Positions 59,031-64,000 of a stretch of 64,000 bases of DNA are shown here, piece after piece (within the stretch, counting starts at the first letter, position 1; every line of letters begins with the position of its first letter). A program made the translations under genes and the position numbers. The notes beneath the pieces are model-generated. The model did not search any database. It was given only the letters and a program-made list of their open reading frames with translations, and had not been told where the DNA came from. Source of the DNA: Syntrophorhabdaceae bacterium (GTDB taxonomy: Bacteria; Desulfobacterota; Syntrophorhabdia; Syntrophorhabdales; Syntrophorhabdaceae); the NCBI GenBank assembly GCA_963666485.2, contig CAXXUO010000001.1, positions 288,001 to 352,000 of the forward strand, written 5' to 3'.

Positions 59031-60059
59031 ATGATCGAGTTCAGGGTGGTGGAATCGGCGAGCACGTTTCTTGACCCGAGGAAAGGTTTCGAGCCGTCCA
59101 CGGTCGATTTCCAGGTCAGGTTCGATCCCCTGACGGGGAGGTCGTGCCACTTCTCCCATTTCGGGGCGCTTAAGGCACAGGAATTGGATTTGCCCGGTTA
59201 TGAAAGGCCCGAGGTGAAGGGGTTCTGCCCGTTCTGCAGCGACAAGCGCGACAAGGCAACCCCGAAATTTACACCGGACATCGTTCCCGGGGGGCGGCAG
59301 ATGCGCGGCGAGGCGTGCCTGGTCCCGAACCTTTTCCCCTATGACATTCACAGCGGCGTCGTCATCATGACTGACGACCACGTTGTCGGGCTTTCCGGAT
59401 TTACACAAGACCGCCTTGCGGACTCCTTTTCCCTCGGCATCGACTTCCTGCGCAGGATACACTCGCTCGACCGCGATCTCCCGTACCATCTCATGACGTG
59501 GAACTATATGCCGCCGTCAGGCGGGGGGCTCGTCCATCCGCACCAGCAATACTTTGCGACCCGGTTCCCCGGCAATCAGTTCATGGACGAACTGTCGGGG
59601 TCGGAGCGTTTCTCGGACACCCATAGGAAGAACTACTGGCATACCCTCATCGAAACAGAGATGTCGGGCAATGTGCGCTATATCGGCAGGGCCGGGGATA
59701 CCCACTGGATCGCCCCGTTCGTGTCAATGGGGCTGCTCGGTGAGATCATGTGCATCTTTCCGGATGTTTTCTCAATCGGGGAATTCAAGGATAAGCATAT
59801 CACGGACCTTGTATCCGGGCTTGAAAAGGTCTTTCGATTCTATGAACACGAAGGGATCTTCAGCTTTAATGCCTCGCTATCGTTCGGCCCCGGGGGACAG
59901 GACCATTTCTGCTGTTTCTTCCGGCTGGTCCCGAGAACATTCCTCAACACGCGGGATTTTGCCCCCGACCTCAACTTCTTCCAGGCTGTGCTTTCCGAGC
60001 CCATCTGCATCGTGTTACCCGAAGACCTGTGCCGCGATATACGGCCCTACTTTGCCTAG
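59031..60059 (+). CDS. galactose-1-phosphate uridylyltransferase-like (GalT/HIT superfamily)
   Basis: RFDPLTG, CPFC, PNLFPY, NYMPPSGGGLVHPHQQ. Confidence 0.85.
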   Translation: MIEFRVVESASTFLDPRKGFEPSTVDFQVRFDPLTGRSCHFSHFGALKAQELDLPGYERPEVKGFCPFCSDKRDKATPKFTPDIVPGGRQMRGEACLVPNLFPYDIHSGVVIMTDDHVVGLSGFTQDRLADSFSLGIDFLRRIHSLDRDLPYHLMTWNYMPPSGGGLVHPHQQYFATRFPGNQFMDELSGSERFSDTHRKNYWHTLIETEMSGNVRYIGRAGDTHWIAPFVSMGLLGEIMCIFPDVFSIGEFKDKHITDLVSGLEKVFRFYEHEGIFSFNASLSFGPGGQDHFCCFFRLVPRTFLNTRDFAPDLNFFQAVLSEPICIVLPEDLCRDIRPYFA

Positions 60060-60106
60060 GCGGCTTTTTGCCTTGCATCACCGGTACACTGTGATATAGT
60101 TGTTAT

Positions 60107-60679
60107 ATGGATGTAAAAGAACTTGTAACAAAGAACCGCAGTTACCGGCGGTTCCAGGAAAACGATCCGCTAACGCCTGAGCAGTTGAAAAACCTCGTCG
60201 AGCTTGCACGGCTGTCGCCATCGGCGGGCAACCTTCAACCCCTCAAATTCATGCTGTCACACGATCCCGTCAGAAACGGGGCTATTTTCTCATGCCTGCA
60301 CTGGGAGAGCTTTATAAAGAATTTTCCGGCGCCCGGCCCGGGCAGGCGGCCAGCGGCGTACATCGTTGTCCTCGGCGACAGGTCGATCACCGAAAAATTC
60401 TGGTGCAACCACGGGATCGCGGCCCAGAGCATCCTTCTCGGCGCGGTCGAGATGGGTTTCGGCGGTTATTCTCTGACAGACATCGACAGGCAGGCGCTTT
60501 CCGGATTTTTGAGGATACCCGAGCATCTTGAAATATTACTCGTCATTGCACTCGGCCTGCCGCGGGAACGCGTCGTGATAACCGATGCAGTCGACGGCAA
60601 GGTGACCTACTGGCGAGACATCAACAAGGTCCACCACGTCCCCAAGCGCGGCCTGAACGAGATCATTCTCGACCTGTAG
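60107..60679 (+). CDS. nitroreductase family protein
   Basis: NRSYRRF, SPSAGNLQP, AAQSILLGA, HHVPKR. Confidence 0.9.
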   Translation: MDVKELVTKNRSYRRFQENDPLTPEQLKNLVELARLSPSAGNLQPLKFMLSHDPVRNGAIFSCLHWESFIKNFPAPGPGRRPAAYIVVLGDRSITEKFWCNHGIAAQSILLGAVEMGFGGYSLTDIDRQALSGFLRIPEHLEILLVIALGLPRERVVITDAVDGKVTYWRDINKVHHVPKRGLNEIILDL

Positions 60680-60692
60680 GGTGAGGAATCCT

Positions 60693-61265
60693 ATGACTTT
60701 ACTGGAACTCGTGACAAAGACCCGAAGCTGCAGACGATTTTACGAGAAGGAGACAATAGGCCTCGATCAACTGAAAGCGCTGATCGACCTTGCCCGGCTC
60801 GCCCCCTCGACAGCGAACCTTCAGCCGCTCAAGTACATCATTTCCCATAACCCCGGCAAAAATTCCGGGATCTTTTCCTGCCTCGGCTGGGCAGGCTATC
60901 TCACGGATTGGCCCGGCCCCGTGGACGGGGAAAGGCCTGCCGGGTACATAATCATCCTGGGGGACACGTCGTTGACGAGGGATTTCGACTGTGAGTACGG
61001 CACCGCCGCCCAGAGCATTGCCCTCGGCGCCACCGAAATGGGCCTCGGCTGCTGCATGATCGGCAACATCGACAAGGACCGCCTCGCCGCTCTTCTGAAG
61101 ATACCTCCCCGCTACGACGTGCTTCTCGTCATCGCGCTCGGCAAACCGAAAGAAGAGATCGTCCTCGAAGAGATAAAAGACGGCAATATAAAGTACTGGC
61201 GCGACGAGAAGCAGGTGCATCACGTGCCGAAACGTCCGCTGGCGGAGTTGATATTCGAACCGTAA
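60693..61265 (+). CDS. nitroreductase family protein (tandem paralog)
   Basis: TRSCRRF, APSTANLQP, GLGCCMIG, HHVPKR. Confidence 0.9.
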   Translation: MTLLELVTKTRSCRRFYEKETIGLDQLKALIDLARLAPSTANLQPLKYIISHNPGKNSGIFSCLGWAGYLTDWPGPVDGERPAGYIIILGDTSLTRDFDCEYGTAAQSIALGATEMGLGCCMIGNIDKDRLAALLKIPPRYDVLLVIALGKPKEEIVLEEIKDGNIKYWRDEKQVHHVPKRPLAELIFEP

Positions 61266-61270
61266 AAGAT

Positions 61271-61391
61271 GGTTCAAGGTTCAAGGTTCAAGGTTCAAAG
61301 AATTTCTTCTTAGTCTAACCATCCCAATTATTTGATACAGCTTAAATCAATGGGTTCTTTTCCTTGAACCTTGAACTTTGAACCTTGAACA
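61271..61391. repeat. inverted arrays of heptamer GGTTCAA x4 / TTGAACC x4
   Basis: Directly visible at 61271-61298 and 61364-61391. Confidence 0.9.
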
Positions 61392-61398
61392 TTTATTT

Positions 61399-61427
61399 TT
61401 GACATTCCCCCCATGCAGCGCTACATT
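61399..61427 (+). promoter_or_regulatory. sigma70-type promoter
   Basis: TTGACA-17 nt-TACATT upstream of 61448. Confidence 0.55.
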
Positions 61428-61447
61428 ACACTATCGGAGGGCAGGAA

Positions 61448-61816
61448 ATGAAGATACGGATCGTTGCGGGGCGGGTCAGCGTTGAGGCGGAGCTTTTCGA
61501 TACGGCGTGCGCGCGGGCCATAGCGAAGATCCTGCCGATAAACGCACACCCGAACGAATGGGGTGATGAATTCTACTTTTCGGTGGACGTAAAAGGATCT
61601 CTCGATGAGACGGCGACGCGCAATGTCAAGGCCGGAGACATCGGGTTCTGGCCTCCCGGTAATGCCATTGCCATATTCTTCGGTCCCACGCCGCTTTCCC
61701 ACGGCCCCGACCCCGTCCCGGCGAGCGACGTCAACCTGATCGGAAGAACGACCGGCGACGCAACGATATTGCGGCAGGCAAAAGGGGCGGCGATGATAAG
61801 AATAGAGGCAATATAA
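61448..61816 (+). CDS. cyclophilin-like fold protein (TM1367/DUF369 type)
   Basis: WGDEFYF, GDIGFWPPGNAIAIFFGPTP, PASDVNLIG. Confidence 0.85.
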   Translation: MKIRIVAGRVSVEAELFDTACARAIAKILPINAHPNEWGDEFYFSVDVKGSLDETATRNVKAGDIGFWPPGNAIAIFFGPTPLSHGPDPVPASDVNLIGRTTGDATILRQAKGAAMIRIEAI

Positions 61817-61840
61817 AAACCGCCGGGGACGGTTTTTATA
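61812..61840. terminator. probable intrinsic terminator hairpin
   Basis: TATAAAAACCG-CCGGGGA-CGGTTTTTATA. Confidence 0.6.
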
Positions 61841-61842
61841 TT

Positions 61843-61995
61843 GTTCCACGTTCCAGGTTCCACGTTCCACGTTAAAGGCAAGAAAATAAAGGTCCAATCA
61901 ATGCAGGACGTTTTGCGATGAAGATAAGGCGGGGGGGTGAACTCCCTTTTAGTGTTTGGTTTTTAACGTGGAACGTGGAACCTGGAACGTGGAAC
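61843..61995. repeat. perfect 34-bp inverted repeat built of GTTCCAC heptamers
   Basis: 61843-61876 is the exact reverse complement of 61962-61995. Confidence 0.9.
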
Positions 61996-62002
61996 GGTTT
62001 TT

Positions 62003-63076
62003 ATGACCGATGACACAATAAAAAGTCTTTCTTTACACGATGTGGTGCGGCCGCTTGTCGCTACATTTGCGACATCCCTCGGGCGAAAGACAATGATGCG
62101 GAGCATTATTGTCAGGGCCCGGCTGAAGGGCGGGGGGGAAGGGTCGGGGGAATGTCCCACGAGTTTTGTCCTGCCGCACGAAAATGCGCGGAACATACGG
62201 GGAATGATCGAAGGTGAAAGACAGGGCCTTATCGGGAAAAGCGCGTCCGGATATGCCGCAATCGCCTCTGCGTTGCGGGATAAGTACCCCCTTCTCCCGA
62301 TGACCGTCTCGGGGATCGAGACCGCCCTGTGGCGCGCATGGCTCGCAGCCTCCGGCAATGATGAACTGAAATGGTTCGGCGGGGCATCCGATCATATCGA
62401 GACGGACATAACCGTCCCGGTCACTCGCGACGGGGCGTTCCTGACCCGCTGGATCGGTCAGGCTGCCAGGAAGGATTTCCGGATATTCAAGGTTAAAGTG
62501 AACGGTAAAACCGAAGATGATACCTGGCTGATCGACCGCGTTGCATCGATGCTCTATAACGCCGGGAAGGAATTCACCTTAAGGCTCGACGGCAACCAGG
62601 CATTTTCCGTCAAAAGCTGCCTCACCCTGTGCGAACGTGTTAACCGTAAGGGATACCCGGTTGAACTTTTCGAGCAACCCTTGAAAAAAGATGATCACCG
62701 GGGGCTCAAGGAATTGGCCCGGCATGCGCCGCTGCCCATCATCCTCGACGAGACGGTCTTTTCACGGACCGATATGGAGATCGCTGTCGGCGAGGGTTTA
62801 GGGCACGGCGTCAATGTCAAGATAGCCAAGAGCGGGATCGCCGGATCGCTCGCAATCATCGATCTGGCGAAAAATCATGGCATGAAGCTGATGGCCGGAT
62901 GCATGATCGAAACGATGACAGGGCTGTCGGCAGGCATCGGGATGGCAATAGGCACGGGCATCTTCGATCATATCGATCTTGATTCCATACATTACCTTCG
63001 CCATGCAAATCGCTGGGGACGGATCATTGTTGAGGGCCCGCGTTACCGCATTGGCAAAGATACCGGCATCAATTGA
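62003..63076 (+). CDS. enolase-superfamily dipeptide epimerase (L-Ala-D/L-Glu epimerase-like)
   Basis: FKVKV, DGNQ, EQP, LDE, NVKIAK, GCMIE, DLD. Confidence 0.85.
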   Translation: MTDDTIKSLSLHDVVRPLVATFATSLGRKTMMRSIIVRARLKGGGEGSGECPTSFVLPHENARNIRGMIEGERQGLIGKSASGYAAIASALRDKYPLLPMTVSGIETALWRAWLAASGNDELKWFGGASDHIETDITVPVTRDGAFLTRWIGQAARKDFRIFKVKVNGKTEDDTWLIDRVASMLYNAGKEFTLRLDGNQAFSVKSCLTLCERVNRKGYPVELFEQPLKKDDHRGLKELARHAPLPIILDETVFSRTDMEIAVGEGLGHGVNVKIAKSGIAGSLAIIDLAKNHGMKLMAGCMIETMTGLSAGIGMAIGTGIFDHIDLDSIHYLRHANRWGRIIVEGPRYRIGKDTGIN

Positions 63077-63150
63077 AGAAAGCCCTGGGGTAATCGACAG
63101 GCTGCAAAACTTGGAACACCCTGTCATCTTCTGTTATACTCTCATCATCA

Positions 63151-64000
63151 ATGAAAAATACCGGCAAGGGGACTTTATTTGAGCGCATCGCCCGGTCGTT
63201 GAGGATCGCCGGCATGATCGTTCGCGAATCTCTGCGGTCTTTCCTCAACAATAATGATTTTGAGATGTCGGCAGCCATGGCGACATACAGTTTTTTTGCG
63301 CTCGTCCCTCTTCTCTTTTTTATCGTAAGCGCTGTGGCAGGGAACGGGCACTATTCCGGCATGCTCGTTACAGGCATCGAAGGCCTGATCGATCATCTAT
63401 TCCCGCGTATCCGGGAGTGGATGAGCCTCGAATTTTCGGTGGTGACGCGAAACCCGGTCACTGTCGGCATAGCGGCAGCGGTCATGGTCTTCGTCGCTGC
63501 CATGTCCCTCGTTGATTCGCTGCGGACAACATTTTTCAAGATCTTCAAGAAGGATCCCCCGTCATCTTTCGTCGCAACGCAGCTTGGCAATATCAAAAGC
63601 GCCCTCATCCTGCTTTTCCTCTTCGTCGCCCTGACCGGCGCGGAGCTGATCTTCAATTCCTTGATCTCTCACCTGTCCTCACGGGGGATCGTGCTCACCG
63701 AAACGAAGAGCATAATTTTATCCGTGGTCGTGGCGACCGGCTGCATGGGCTTTTTCTATTCCATCTTCCTGCCGGTCAGGCTCACTCCCGTGAAACTGGT
63801 CGGGGCGTCCCTTATTTCGGCATTTCTTATAATCGCCATGCGGGAGATCTTTGTCTTTGTCCTCGAAAAGAACCCGTCCTACGGGGAAACTTTCGGTTCG
63901 CTCAGGGTACTCTTCGTCATGATCGCCTGGGTGTACTACTGTTTTCTCGTTATTCTTTTCGGGGCCGAAGTGGCCGTGAACACGGTAAAACGGGACGCCC
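63151..64000 (+). CDS. YihY/virulence factor BrkB family membrane protein (runs off window)
   Basis: SAAMATYSFFALVPLL, YGETFGSL, WVYY..ILFGAE. Confidence 0.85.
   Translation, partial: MKNTGKGTLFERIARSLRIAGMIVRESLRSFLNNNDFEMSAAMATYSFFALVPLLFFIVSAVAGNGHYSGMLVTGIEGLIDHLFPRIREWMSLEFSVVTRNPVTVGIAAAVMVFVAAMSLVDSLRTTFFKIFKKDPPSSFVATQLGNIKSALILLFLFVALTGAELIFNSLISHLSSRGIVLTETKSIILSVVVATGCMGFFYSIFLPVRLTPVKLVGASLISAFLIIAMREIFVFVLEKNPSYGETFGSLRVLFVMIAWVYYCFLVILFGAEVAVNTVKRDA

Overview
Bacterial chromosomal window, GC-rich backbone with an AT-rich mobile block at about 25.6-41.9 kb. Gene content suggests an anaerobic deltaproteobacterium-like organism (inference). Left part: small exported proteins, an MdtABC/MuxABC-type RND efflux operon with outer-membrane factor, two PilT ATPases, assorted enzymes, and three short ORFs at 12748-13467 that read as ONE in-frame MerB-like (organomercurial lyase fold) gene with two UGA codons at the two catalytic-Cys positions, each followed by a SECIS-like hairpin (a candidate double selenoprotein). 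Middle: a tandem array of integrative elements at the 3' end of tRNA-Cys(GCA), with tRNA-end copies at about 25643, 30387, 32211 and the intact gene at 41841, conserved GGTTAGAA arm repeats, and three integrase relics. The youngest element (about 9.6 kb) carries an integrase, a Rep-type initiator with 5 iterons and an AT-rich tract, an RHH regulator, a candidate type I toxin peptide and two pairs of defence-like genes (GmrSD-like + OLD-like; glycosylase-like + SIR2-like). Right part: tRNA-Gly, a large compatible-solute/glycogen cluster (phosphoglycerate glycoside synthase/phosphatase, TreT, TreZ, GH57, TreY, GlgD-like/GlgC, Ggs-like), GalT-like, tandem nitroreductases, several MITE/REP-like inverted repeats, an enolase-superfamily epimerase and a partial YihY gene. 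All calls come from motif recognition by eye; no searches were run.
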